Counted from the stretch's first letter, positions 15,934 to 24,862 are shown. The stretch: 32,000 bases of DNA from an uncultured Clostridia bacterium (GCA_948433435.1 CAOJDX010000014.1:6556-38555); one strand, 5' to 3'. Translations and numbers: made by a program. Notes: generated by a model from the letters alone, not told the origin.

Positions 15934-15970
15934 AAAATAGATAATTGGTGTGAAATATCTATTTTTTTTT
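15934..15970 (+). terminator. Intrinsic terminator ending the DGR/target operon
   Basis: AAAATAGATA (15934-15943) pairs with TATCTATTTT (15956-15965), a 10-bp stem, followed by a T-run to 15970. Confidence 0.65.
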
Positions 15971-16002
15971 ACGGGTTGTTATTCAAATATAAATATCTAA
16001 TA

Positions 16003-16031
16003 TTGACAGTTATTTATATTTGTGATAATAT
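16003..16031 (+). promoter_or_regulatory. Sigma-A-type promoter for the LysR gene
   Basis: TTGACA (16003-16008), a 17-nt spacer, then TGaTAATAT (extended -10, 16023-16031), about 28 nt upstream of ATG 16059. Confidence 0.55.
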
Positions 16032-16058
16032 AATGTCAATTTCAAAGGGGGTGTTCTT

Positions 16059-16952
16059 ATGTATGATTTAAGAAATAATCTTTCATTACTATATGATTTT
16101 TATCTTGTTGCTAAAAGTAAGAGTTTTTCAAGAGCTGCAGAAAATTATAATGTATCACAACCATCACTTAGTAGAAATGTAAAACTTTTGGAAGATACTA
16201 TGAAAATGAAGTTAGTTAATAGAAACAATAAAGGAATTGAATTAACTAATGATGGTGAAGAACTATATAAACAATTAGATACAATGTTTAGTGTGTTTAA
16301 TGATTATAATAAAAATAATTTAAATGATTCTGATGAATTAGTAGGTAAATTAACTGTTGGAACAACAAGAAATATTGCAGATAATAGATTATCTGAATAT
16401 CTTTCAATTTTTAATAGACAATATTCTAATGTTAAGATAAAAATTGTCACTGATAGTGCTAGTAATTTAAATAATTATTTATTAAATCATAAAATCGATG
16501 TATTAATCGACTATGTTCCAAATATGAATTTTACTGAAAAAGACAATATGGAAATTAAACAAATAGGTAATTTTGATACTTGTTTTGCTTGTTCTAAAGA
16601 GTTTTATAATAAATATGGAGCAAAGATTAAAAGTTTAAATGATTTAGCAAAATACAAATTAGTTATATCTGGAGCTTCAAGAAGAAGGCAAATGCTAGAT
16701 GAAATATTAACATCATTAAATATAAATTTAGATCCTAGCATAGAAATGCCAGATAGTAAATTAATGGCAGACTTTGTAAAAGAGAATGAATATATAGGAT
16801 ATTTTGTTAAAGAAGAAGTGGAAACTTTTGATTTAGTACCTTTAATATTAGATGTGGAAATGCCAAAAAATTATATAGGGATGATTTATAGCAAAAACAC
16901 TATCAATCTTATTACTAAAAAATTTATAGAATTAGTTTTGGAAAATAGATAA
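16059..16952 (+). CDS. LysR-family transcriptional regulator
   Basis: N-terminal wHTH FYLVAKSKSFSRAAENYNVSQPSLSRNVKLLEDTMKMKLVNR plus a ~200-aa substrate-binding-type C-terminal domain. AAGGGGG RBS. Confidence 0.85.
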   Translation: MYDLRNNLSLLYDFYLVAKSKSFSRAAENYNVSQPSLSRNVKLLEDTMKMKLVNRNNKGIELTNDGEELYKQLDTMFSVFNDYNKNNLNDSDELVGKLTVGTTRNIADNRLSEYLSIFNRQYSNVKIKIVTDSASNLNNYLLNHKIDVLIDYVPNMNFTEKDNMEIKQIGNFDTCFACSKEFYNKYGAKIKSLNDLAKYKLVISGASRRRQMLDEILTSLNINLDPSIEMPDSKLMADFVKENEYIGYFVKEEVETFDLVPLILDVEMPKNYIGMIYSKNTINLITKKFIELVLENR

Positions 16953-17009
16953 AACTAATTCTTTTTTCTTTAAAAAAAAGGTATAATATTTGTTGTTGGA
17001 GGTATCTTT

Positions 17010-17549
17010 ATGATTTGTATAAAGAAAATAACTGATGAAGATTTTGGGATTAATAGTATACCTTTCATAAATCCACGACATAGATGGGGAGCAAGAGGAA
17101 TTGTATTTAATAATGAAAATAAAATTGCTATCTTACATAAGAGTTTAAAAAACGAATATAAACTTATTGGCGGTGGAATTGATGAAAATGAAGATCCTAC
17201 AAAAGCATTTAAAAGAGAATGTTTAGAGGAAGCAGGATGTAAGATAGAGATAGATGATTGCTTAGGAACTGTAGAGGAATTAAAAACACTTGATGATTTT
17301 AAACAAACTTCTTATATCTATATAGCTCATGTATTAGAAGATATAGGCCATACTGATTTTACAGAACAAGAAAAAGGTGAAGGATCTGAACTATTATGGT
17401 TAGAAATAAATGATGCTATGAGTATAATTAAAGATTCGGAGGATAAACTAGTTGCATCAAAATTTGATAGTGATAAAAGTGTTTATCATACCAAATTTAT
17501 TGTTAGAAGAGATTATGAGATTTTAAAGTATTATAAAAATCATTCATAA
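17010..17549 (+). CDS. NUDIX hydrolase
   Basis: NUDIX box GGGIDENEDPTKAFKRECLEEAG (Gx5Ex7REUxEExGU). GGAGG RBS. Confidence 0.85.
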   Translation: MICIKKITDEDFGINSIPFINPRHRWGARGIVFNNENKIAILHKSLKNEYKLIGGGIDENEDPTKAFKRECLEEAGCKIEIDDCLGTVEELKTLDDFKQTSYIYIAHVLEDIGHTDFTEQEKGEGSELLWLEINDAMSIIKDSEDKLVASKFDSDKSVYHTKFIVRRDYEILKYYKNHS

Positions 17550-17661
17550 TCTTTTTGTTTGCTATTCAAAAATGAATAATGGTATGTAAAATTGGTATTT
17601 TACTTATTAAGACAATCTCAATATAATAGAAAGCAATTATTTAGTTGAGGGGGATTATCTT

Positions 17662-19479
17662 ATGAATACACAGGATTATATGAAAACTAAATTAGATAAT
17701 TGGTTAACAGAACCATTAAAGAAAAAAACTAATAGAAAACCTGTAGTTGCTTTAATAGGATTAGGTCCTCATGCAAAGCGAATTTATTTAAATTACTTTC
17801 AAAAACATAAAATTAATTTAGCACTTTTAGTTGATTTAGATTCTAAGAAAGAATATGCTAAAAACTATTTAATAGAAAATGACTTTAAAAACACAAAGAT
17901 CTTTACAATAAATGATTCACTAAAAGATAACGAAAGATTACCAAAAGAAATATCAAGTAATTTACTTGCCATTTGTGAAACTTTAGAAATAACACATATT
18001 ATCATTGCAACTGAACCAAAAGCACATAATATGTATATTCATTTTGCTTTAGAAAATAATATTGATGTTTTAACTGATAAACCAATTACAGTTAGTAAGA
18101 ATATGACTAGTATGAGAAGTATCAATAAAGTTAGAAAACAATATTATGATATTTTAGAAGCAGCAAACAATTCAGAATCTATGTGTAAGGTAATGTGTCA
18201 AAGACAATATCATAAAGGTTATGAATATGTTAAAAAGATATTGTCAGAAACAGTACAAAAATATCAAGTTCCAATAACTTTCGTAGATATTTTTCATTGT
18301 GATGGAAACTGGGAAATGCCTCATGATATGTTAAAAGAAAATCATCCATACAAATATGGATATGGAAAACTTTTTCATTCAGGTTATCATTTTATAGATT
18401 TATTAAGTGATTTTATAAAAATAAATACTGAATTAACTGGAACAAAAAAGATTACTAATGCAGAGGTTTATAGCAGTTGTTTAACACCAAATGATGAATT
18501 GAATATTTTTAATGTAGAAGATTACAAAAGAATTTTTAAGGATCAAGAAATTCCTAAATATTATGAAGAAAATCCAAATCCAAAATTTGATAAATTTGGT
18601 GAAAAGAATTTTTATGGATCATTAGATTTTAAAAACAAATATAATCAACTTATTACTCATGTTAATTTAAATTTATTACATTATGGTTTTTCAAGAAGGG
18701 GTTGGATTGAATCTAAAGATTATTATAAGAGTAATGGTAGAATTAGACATGAATGTATTACAATTGAAGTTGGAACTTTAATGTCTATTCAAATTCATAG
18801 TTATCAATCTAAAGAAATTAAAGATCGTACAACTGATTTAAATTTAGAAGAACAAGTTGGTGGATTAGAACACTTTGATATTGATATATATAGAAACAGT
18901 GATATTATTGGTGGAAAACCATTTGAAAGAATAAAATTAGGGGATTTATATACTGAAAAAGAAAAGAAAGATATATTAGGTTATAATGAATTATCAAGGG
19001 AAGTTTATATAAGTAACTTCTTAAAAGGTAAATGTGAAAAAGGGGATATTAAGGATCAAGCACTTGCTATTGAAATATTGCATGGTTGTGCTACAGGATT
19101 ACATAATTATTACAATAATAAAAAAGTTCCTGTAAAAATTAATATGAAAAATAAAGAGATAACACCTTTTAAAATAGAATCTTTAAAACAATTTAATAAT
19201 TTAAATACTAAAAATGAATCAAAGAGGATATTTAAAATGTTAGAACTAACAAAAAATGAGTTTGATATATCTGTTATGATGAATTATTTAAAAAGTAGGA
19301 AATCTTACGAAGTATATTTTAGTATTGATTCTGGAAATAATGTTGCGAGCGGTTTATTATATAAGCAATTTTCTAATAAAATAATTGCAACATTATATTT
19401 TAATTATTTAAGGATATTTATTAAATATAAGAAATTTACCAAGATTGTAAAAACCATTGAAAAACAAGGAAAAAAATAG
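17662..19479 (+). CDS. Gfo/Idh/MocA-like oxidoreductase N-terminal domain with a long uncharacterised C-terminal extension
   Basis: Rossmann-like VVALIGLGPHAKRIYL...THIIIATEPKAHNMYIHFALENNIDVLTDKPIT (the E-K-P signature of the family). The remaining ~400 aa are not recognised. Confidence 0.55.
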   Translation: MNTQDYMKTKLDNWLTEPLKKKTNRKPVVALIGLGPHAKRIYLNYFQKHKINLALLVDLDSKKEYAKNYLIENDFKNTKIFTINDSLKDNERLPKEISSNLLAICETLEITHIIIATEPKAHNMYIHFALENNIDVLTDKPITVSKNMTSMRSINKVRKQYYDILEAANNSESMCKVMCQRQYHKGYEYVKKILSETVQKYQVPITFVDIFHCDGNWEMPHDMLKENHPYKYGYGKLFHSGYHFIDLLSDFIKINTELTGTKKITNAEVYSSCLTPNDELNIFNVEDYKRIFKDQEIPKYYEENPNPKFDKFGEKNFYGSLDFKNKYNQLITHVNLNLLHYGFSRRGWIESKDYYKSNGRIRHECITIEVGTLMSIQIHSYQSKEIKDRTTDLNLEEQVGGLEHFDIDIYRNSDIIGGKPFERIKLGDLYTEKEKKDILGYNELSREVYISNFLKGKCEKGDIKDQALAIEILHGCATGLHNYYNNKKVPVKINMKNKEITPFKIESLKQFNNLNTKNESKRIFKMLELTKNEFDISVMMNYLKSRKSYEVYFSIDSGNNVASGLLYKQFSNKIIATLYFNYLRIFIKYKKFTKIVKTIEKQGKK

Positions 19480-19482
19480 AAT

Positions 19483-19554
19483 AATTACAGAGTGATTTAC
19501 AGTATGAATTACAGAGTGATTTACCTGATGAGTTACAGAGCAATTTACAGTGCA
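19483..19554. repeat. Three 24-bp tandem repeats with six TTACAG-type motifs phased at 12 bp
   Basis: AATTACAGAGTGATTTAC occurs at 19483 and 19507, and AGTTACAGAGCAATTTAC at 19531. TTACAG occurs at 19485, 19497, 19509, 19533 and 19545, with TTACCT at 19521. Confidence 0.85.
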
Positions 19555-19594
19555 AAGTATCTAGACAAGTCCAAATATATGAGTATAATGGAGT

Positions 19595-19633
19595 AAAATG
19601 GATTAATTCTGACAAAGGAATGATCCATTTTTT
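19595..19633 (+). terminator. Probable intrinsic terminator after the cargo genes
   Basis: AAAATGGAT (19595-19603) pairs with ATCCATTTT (19623-19631), followed by a T-run. The loop is rather long at 19 nt. Confidence 0.45.
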
Positions 19634-19655
19634 ATTAGTTCTAGTGATGTTGTTC

Positions 19656-19684
19656 TTGACATTTGTAAACTTTTCGATTAAAAT
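19656..19684 (+). promoter_or_regulatory. Sigma-A-type promoter upstream of the conjugation-regulatory genes
   Basis: TTGACA (19656-19661), a 17-nt spacer, then TAAAAT (19679-19684). Confidence 0.6.
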
Positions 19685-19717
19685 AAATGGCAAATTTTGG
19701 CAGGGGTGTTGATAGTT

Positions 19718-19777
19718 ATGATGTATCTATACTTAAATTGTGAAAATACTGTTATTTATGAAGAGGTTATGAAATAG
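19718..19777 (+). CDS. Candidate 19-aa leader peptide (MMYLYLNCENTVIYEEVMK)
   Basis: GGGGTG (19703-19708) lies 9 nt before ATG 19718. The TAG stop at 19775-19777 abuts the left arm of the downstream terminator-like hairpin. No homology support. Confidence 0.3.
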   Translation: MMYLYLNCENTVIYEEVMK

Positions 19778-19816
19778 ACTTAGAGGGCTTTCTGTGGCTT
19801 TTTGAGTCTTTTTTTT
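19776..19816 (+). terminator. Terminator-like hairpin plus U8 in the leader of the sigma-like gene (possible attenuator)
   Basis: AGACT (19776-19780) pairs with AGTCT (19805-19809). The stem can extend inward through A-U, G-U and G-C pairs. It is followed by T8 (19809-19816) directly before the AGAGGAGG RBS. Confidence 0.45.
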
Positions 19817-19835
19817 GAAGAGAGGAGGTTGTCTT

Positions 19836-20363
19836 ATGGATTCAACTTTAACATTAGATATGATTTTTAATTTACCAAATGAGATTTTGGATACTTCAAA
19901 AAAATATAAAGAAATGTCTGAAATGCTTTCTATTAGTATCTGTAATAAATATGATACTAAAGAACTGACTGGTAAGATTAATAATATGTTTGTTAGATTT
20001 AAAAATGTAAAATATTTTTATAACTTTTTAGTTGAATCATCAATAAAGATTACTCCTACATATCAATTAAGTGAAGGTTCAAGGCAAAGAAGTAATGCAA
20101 GTCAAGTTGAAAGTATCGTAACTAGAGAAGTTGATAGTATAATTTGGGCCACTAAATTTTATGATACTGTTATATTTGCTGCTAAAAAACTTACAGAGGA
20201 AGAAGCTACATATTTAGTAAATTCCTTAATAAAGAACAAATCAGAATCAGCTATAGCAGATATTCTAGGAGTATGCACTAAAACAGTTCATCATATTAAG
20301 AAAAGTTGTTTAATTAAAATATGGTCAGAACTTGAACCACTAGAAAATGAGAATAACATTTAG
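19836..20363 (+). CDS. Sigma-70 region-4-like / HTH regulator of the element
   Basis: The C-terminal LTEEEATYLVNSLIKNKSESAIADILGVCTKTVHHIKKSCLIKI resembles a sigma region 4 HTH, as in sigma-like regulators of Gram-positive conjugative transposons. Start set at ATG 19836 after AGAGGAGG, rather than the track's 19815. Confidence 0.5.
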   Translation: MDSTLTLDMIFNLPNEILDTSKKYKEMSEMLSISICNKYDTKELTGKINNMFVRFKNVKYFYNFLVESSIKITPTYQLSEGSRQRSNASQVESIVTREVDSIIWATKFYDTVIFAAKKLTEEEATYLVNSLIKNKSESAIADILGVCTKTVHHIKKSCLIKIWSELEPLENENNI

Positions 20364-20389
20364 TTATTTTTTTTAATGGGAGGAATTTT

Positions 20390-20506
20390 ATGCTTTTATT
20401 GATTTTAGTAATAGTTACAATTCTATTACTTTTTTTGTGGTCTGCTTGTAAAGTATCAAGCAGATGTTCAAGAATCGAAGAACAATATGAACTAGAAGGA
20501 AAATAA
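20390..20506 (+). CDS. Small membrane protein (38 aa)
   Basis: Absent from the supplied track. GGGAGGA RBS precedes ATG 20390. MLLLILVIVTILLLFLWSACKVSSRCSRIEEQYELEGK has one TM helix. Confidence 0.45.
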   Translation: MLLLILVIVTILLLFLWSACKVSSRCSRIEEQYELEGK

Positions 20507-20569
20507 TTTATTGGAGTTATAGCTCTCCATAAAAAAAGCTGATTTTTTTATTATAAGGGGGTGAAAATT

Positions 20570-20815
20570 ATGATTGAAGTCAGAACTTATATGTCTCGTG
20601 AGTTAAATGATGAAGTTGTAAAACGTAGTAAAGAATTAGGTATGTCTAAATCAGAATATATGCGATTATTTGCTAGTCTTGATATTGCAGTTCAAAGATA
20701 TCAAGAATTAACAACTTATATTAATCTATTACATAATAGAATTAATGAATTTCATCAAGAACTTGGCATTTATGCGACACCTTTAGAAGATGTTCCTATT
20801 ATTAATTTTAATTAA
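20570..20815 (+). CDS. Ribbon-helix-helix protein (MobC/CopG-like, possible relaxosome accessory factor)
   Basis: MIEVRTYMSRELNDEVVKRSKELGMSKSEYMRLF fits the beta-strand/helix/helix RHH pattern. Start at ATG 20570 after GGGGGTG. Confidence 0.5.
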   Translation: MIEVRTYMSRELNDEVVKRSKELGMSKSEYMRLFASLDIAVQRYQELTTYINLLHNRINEFHQELGIYATPLEDVPIINFN

Positions 20816-20819
20816 AGTG

Positions 20820-20848
20820 CTGACATTTTTAGAAAACTGCAGTATAAT
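20820..20848 (+). promoter_or_regulatory. Sigma-A-type promoter ahead of the transfer-gene block
   Basis: CTGACA (20820-20825), a 17-nt spacer, then TATAAT (20843-20848). The GAGGAGG RBS and ATG 20877 follow. Confidence 0.55.
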
Positions 20849-20876
20849 AATATTAATAAATGAGGAGGAGTTTTCT

Positions 20877-21563
20877 ATGAAGAAAAAAAAGAAAATGCCT
20901 CTTGTGATTTTAACTTTAATGGTATTAGTTTTAATTGCTAGTATTAGTATATTTATCTTTAATACAAGAGAAACAAAAAATAAAAATAGTGTTTTATTAG
21001 AAGAGAAGAAAGTAGATGTAGTTAAGGATAAAAAGATTGATGAAGAAACAAATGGCAAAGCTGATGAAATTGAATCTGTAGATAAAACAAAAGAAGAAAA
21101 TAAGAAGAAAGAAAGTAATAATAATATTTCTTCTACTTCATCAAATAGTAAAAAAGAATCTACTGCTTCAAATCATAAATCAACACAGTCATCTAATAAC
21201 ACAAATATTACTGATAACTCTAAAAAACAAGAAGAACCAGTAGTTAATCAATCTCAATCTCAAACTAATAACACACAATCAAATAATACACAGTCATCAA
21301 ATAATGTTACAACAGATCCTTATAACTATATTACAGGTGGAGTAATAGATTCACCTACAAAAGAAGCTTGCTTAGCAAAAGGAGATGTTATTTTAAATAG
21401 GCATTTAGATGAATTGATGGATTATAATAGTACGCACATGGATAATCAAAAAAGTCAGGATATTACTAACTTAGAATGTTATCCAGTACATAAACCAGAT
21501 CAAGATGGGTGGTTTTTAAACATCTTGTGTAATTCTGGGAATTGTAATAGCAAATATAAATAG
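20877..21563 (+). CDS. Membrane-anchored protein with an S/N/T/K-rich linker and a Cys-containing C-terminal domain
   Basis: MKKKKKMPLVILTLMVLVLIASISIFIF is an N-terminal anchor. Low complexity spans about aa 60-150. Start corrected from the track's 20790 to ATG 20877 behind GAGGAGG. Confidence 0.65.
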   Translation: MKKKKKMPLVILTLMVLVLIASISIFIFNTRETKNKNSVLLEEKKVDVVKDKKIDEETNGKADEIESVDKTKEENKKKESNNNISSTSSNSKKESTASNHKSTQSSNNTNITDNSKKQEEPVVNQSQSQTNNTQSNNTQSSNNVTTDPYNYITGGVIDSPTKEACLAKGDVILNRHLDELMDYNSTHMDNQKSQDITNLECYPVHKPDQDGWFLNILCNSGNCNSKYK

Positions 21564-21678
21564 AACCTGTGTGTTCTTTTTATTTTGCTTATAAAATATT
21601 TCAACAGGTACTAATTCGATATTAGTGCTTTTTATTTGCCTTATTATTTAGGCAAAAATTAAAGAAGGGGGAAAAATT

Positions 21679-24408
21679 TTGAAAAAATTAACGAAATATT
21701 TGTTAGTTGCTGTTGGTTTACTTATTGGTGCTACAGTTAATGCACAATCAGTATCAGCTGCAACTTTAAACTACGATTTCTCTGGTTATTGGTATGAACG
21801 TCAAAATGGTGATGGTTCAGATCATTCATCATGGAAATTAGAAAATTATTATGTAGATGGTCAAACTGCATATTGTATTGAACCAGGAGTTCCAGAAGGT
21901 AATCCCATGTATCCAGCTGATTGGAATGCAACAGGACTTAGTCCTTCCATTAAAGATAGATTAACTTTAGTCGCTTACTATGGATACACCTATCCAGGAC
22001 ATCAAAATATTAAATATCATGCTGCTACACAAGCAATGATTTGGGAAGCAATTTTAGGTGAAGGATCTTGGGTTAGATTTTCAACAGCAAGATGGAATGG
22101 AGGTACACCACTAGATATATCAGCAGAACGTGCTGAAATTGAAAATTTAATTGCTCATCATAGAGATTTACCTAGTTTTAGTGGCCAAGTACATAGATTA
22201 CAAGTAGGTGAAACATTAGTATTAACAGATACAAACAATGTTTTATCTAATTATGAAGTAAGCGTTAACAACGCTAATGTTAGTGTGAATGGAAATCAAT
22301 TAACAATCATTCCTACTGAAAGTGGAACAATTGATTTAAATTTAACAAAAAAACAAGTTTATTCTGGCGAATATAAATTATTTGTTGGAGATAAAATTCA
22401 AAATATGATCGTACCAGGAGCTGTTGATCCTGTACGAACTAGAGTAAGAATTAATTCTTATAAAAGTATAGTAAAAGGACATAAGTCTGATACAGAAACT
22501 GGTGTAGCACAAGGACAAGCTACATTAAAAGGTGCAACTTATGGAGTTTATGAAGAATCAACTGGTAAACTAGCAACAACTGTAACAACTAATGAAAATG
22601 GATATTTTCAAAGTGCTGCAGTTTTAACATATAAAAAATACTATTTACAAGAGATTAGTCCAAGTGAAGGATATTTACTTGATACAACAAAATATTATTT
22701 TGACATGAGAAATAAAGATAGTATTGAAGTTAATGTAAAAGAAAAAGTTGTAAAAAACTTTATTAGTATTCTAAAACAATATGATTATGTTGATGGAAAT
22801 ACTACATTTTTAAATGCAGAAAAAGGTATAACTTTTGAAATATATTATCCAAATGGAAATAAATGGGGAGAAGTAACTACAGATAAAAATGGTTATGCTA
22901 CTATTGAAATTCCTTATGGAGTATGGAAATTTCATCAAGTAAATTCTAATACTGGATTTGAAAAAATATATGATTTCTTTATAACAGTTGATTATGATAG
23001 TGAACAAGAACAATATTATAATATTTTAAATAATAAATTATCTGCATATTTACAAGTATTTAAAATTGATTCTGAAACAAATGAAAAGATTGCAATACCT
23101 GATACTACATTTAAAATATATAATTTAGGTACAAAACAATATGTATCTCAATATGTTGGTGGTAAAGTATATGATACTTTTAAAACTGATGAAACAGGTA
23201 AATTTATTACTTATTTAAAATTAGAGGCAGGAAATTATAAATTAGTTGAAATTTCTAGTCCACACAATTATTTATTAAATAGTGAAGGAATGACTTTTAC
23301 AATTGGAAATAATACTCATTATAATTACACTACTTATGGTGCTTTTGTAACAGTATATTTTGAAGATAAAGTTATCAAAGGACAAATTGAAGTAAATAAA
23401 ACTGGTGAAGTTCCTGTAATTAAAGATGGTACATATACTTATGAAGTAAAATCTTTAGAAGGTGTAACATTTGAAATTTATGCTAATGAAGATATTTTAT
23501 CTGCTGATGGTAATCATTTATATTATAGTAAAGGTGAACTAGTAGATACAATTACTACTAATAGCGAAGGTTATGCAAAAAGTAAAGAATTATATTTAGG
23601 ATCTTATTATTTAGTAGAAGTAAAAACCTTAGATAATATGGTTTTAAATCCAGAAAAATTTAATTTTACTTTAACTGAAAAAGATAATAAAACACCTATA
23701 GTATATGAAAGCTATAGTGCTTTTAATTATTATAAAAAAGGTGAATTAGACTTTAGTAAAGTTGATCTTACAACTGGAAAAGGTATTGCTGATGTAGATG
23801 TAGAAATATATTATGTTTATGGTAAAAATGAAAGAGAGTTAGTATTTACTGGTACAACAGATGATGAAGGAAAGATAAAAATTACTGATTTATTTGTTGG
23901 TAAATTTGTAATTGTAGAAACTAATCCAGCAACTGGATATAAACTTAGTGATGAAGAAGTTTTCTTTGAAATCAAAGAAAATGGAGAAATCGTAAAAGCT
24001 GAAATGACTAATGAAAAAATAACATCAACTGTAAAAATCTATAAAGTAGATGAAGAAGGTAATGCAATAAAAGGCGTTACTATTGGTGTTTATGATTTAG
24101 ATGGAAATTTAATTGATTCTGGAGTAACAGATGAAAATGGAGATATTGAATTTGTTATGGAATATGGATCATATTATTTTCAAGAAATTGCTACATTAGA
24201 TGAATTTGAATTATCAGATGAAAAAGTTTATTTTGATGTAACAGAAGATGGTGAATATATTCAAAAAACATTAGTTAACGAACTAAAAGAGATTGAAGTA
24301 CCTAATACTTCATCAAATAGTTATATAGATATTATTGCAGGTGTTATTGTTTTAACAGGTGCAGGTTTAATTATAATATCTAGCAAAAGAAAAAATAAGA
24401 AAAAATAA
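21679..24408 (+). CDS. Cell-surface adhesin: signal peptide, thioester domain, multiple CnaB/SpaA-type repeats, C-terminal sorting-like signal
   Basis: Signal peptide MKKLTKYLLVAVGLLIGATVNAQSVSA. The thioester-domain signature TAYCIEPG has a downstream Gln in ATQAMIWE. There are repeated G(A/V)T(Y/F)..Y....G.........T...G......L..G.Y...E...P.GY modules. The C-terminus is EVPNTSS, a hydrophobic helix, then KRKNKKK. Confidence 0.8.
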   Translation: MKKLTKYLLVAVGLLIGATVNAQSVSAATLNYDFSGYWYERQNGDGSDHSSWKLENYYVDGQTAYCIEPGVPEGNPMYPADWNATGLSPSIKDRLTLVAYYGYTYPGHQNIKYHAATQAMIWEAILGEGSWVRFSTARWNGGTPLDISAERAEIENLIAHHRDLPSFSGQVHRLQVGETLVLTDTNNVLSNYEVSVNNANVSVNGNQLTIIPTESGTIDLNLTKKQVYSGEYKLFVGDKIQNMIVPGAVDPVRTRVRINSYKSIVKGHKSDTETGVAQGQATLKGATYGVYEESTGKLATTVTTNENGYFQSAAVLTYKKYYLQEISPSEGYLLDTTKYYFDMRNKDSIEVNVKEKVVKNFISILKQYDYVDGNTTFLNAEKGITFEIYYPNGNKWGEVTTDKNGYATIEIPYGVWKFHQVNSNTGFEKIYDFFITVDYDSEQEQYYNILNNKLSAYLQVFKIDSETNEKIAIPDTTFKIYNLGTKQYVSQYVGGKVYDTFKTDETGKFITYLKLEAGNYKLVEISSPHNYLLNSEGMTFTIGNNTHYNYTTYGAFVTVYFEDKVIKGQIEVNKTGEVPVIKDGTYTYEVKSLEGVTFEIYANEDILSADGNHLYYSKGELVDTITTNSEGYAKSKELYLGSYYLVEVKTLDNMVLNPEKFNFTLTEKDNKTPIVYESYSAFNYYKKGELDFSKVDLTTGKGIADVDVEIYYVYGKNERELVFTGTTDDEGKIKITDLFVGKFVIVETNPATGYKLSDEEVFFEIKENGEIVKAEMTNEKITSTVKIYKVDEEGNAIKGVTIGVYDLDGNLIDSGVTDENGDIEFVMEYGSYYFQEIATLDEFELSDEKVYFDVTEDGEYIQKTLVNELKEIEVPNTSSNSYIDIIAGVIVLTGAGLIIISSKRKNKKK

Positions 24409-24483
24409 TAAAGAATTAAAGGGGTTTGGTTTTTTATATAGATTAGTTATTACTATAATTATTAAAAGAAGGGGGAATGAATA

Positions 24484-24861
24484 ATGAGTAGTATTAATAA
24501 ATTTTGTGTTATGGGAAGATTAGTTAGAGATCCAGAACTAAAAGAATTAGAAAATGGAAATAAAGTAGCTAATATTTCCTTAGCGGTAGATAGAGATTAT
24601 AAAGATAAAGAGGGTAATAAAATTACTGATTTTCTTAATTATTCTCTATGGAATAAAGATGCTGAAAGAATCTGTGAGTTTAGTAAAAAAGGAGCAATTG
24701 TATGTTTAGAAGGATCATTTGGAGATAAAGAAATTGAAATAGGTGATGGTAAAAAAATTCACACTTTCAATCCGATTGTTGAAACATACAGACATATTGC
24801 TAATGCTAAAAATATGGATTCAGAAGTAGAAAATACTAAAGAAACAGAAATGGAAAAATAG
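24484..24861 (+). CDS. ssb: Single-stranded DNA-binding protein
   Basis: OB-fold pattern INKFCVMGRLVRDPELKELENGNKVANISLAVDRDYKDKEGNKITDFLNYSLWNKDAE. Short, with no canonical acidic DDxPF tail. Confidence 0.8.
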   Translation: MSSINKFCVMGRLVRDPELKELENGNKVANISLAVDRDYKDKEGNKITDFLNYSLWNKDAERICEFSKKGAIVCLEGSFGDKEIEIGDGKKIHTFNPIVETYRHIANAKNMDSEVENTKETEMEK

Positions 24862-24862
24862 T

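Noticed and set aside
19483-19554. CRISPR array or minisatellite-encoded peptide repeats (minus-strand ORF 19436-19693 reads CKLLCNSSGKSLCNSYCKSLCNYS).
   Set aside because: The repeats are directly abutting with no unique spacers, and there are only three units. The minus-strand ORF has no RBS or coding context and simply translates the repeat.
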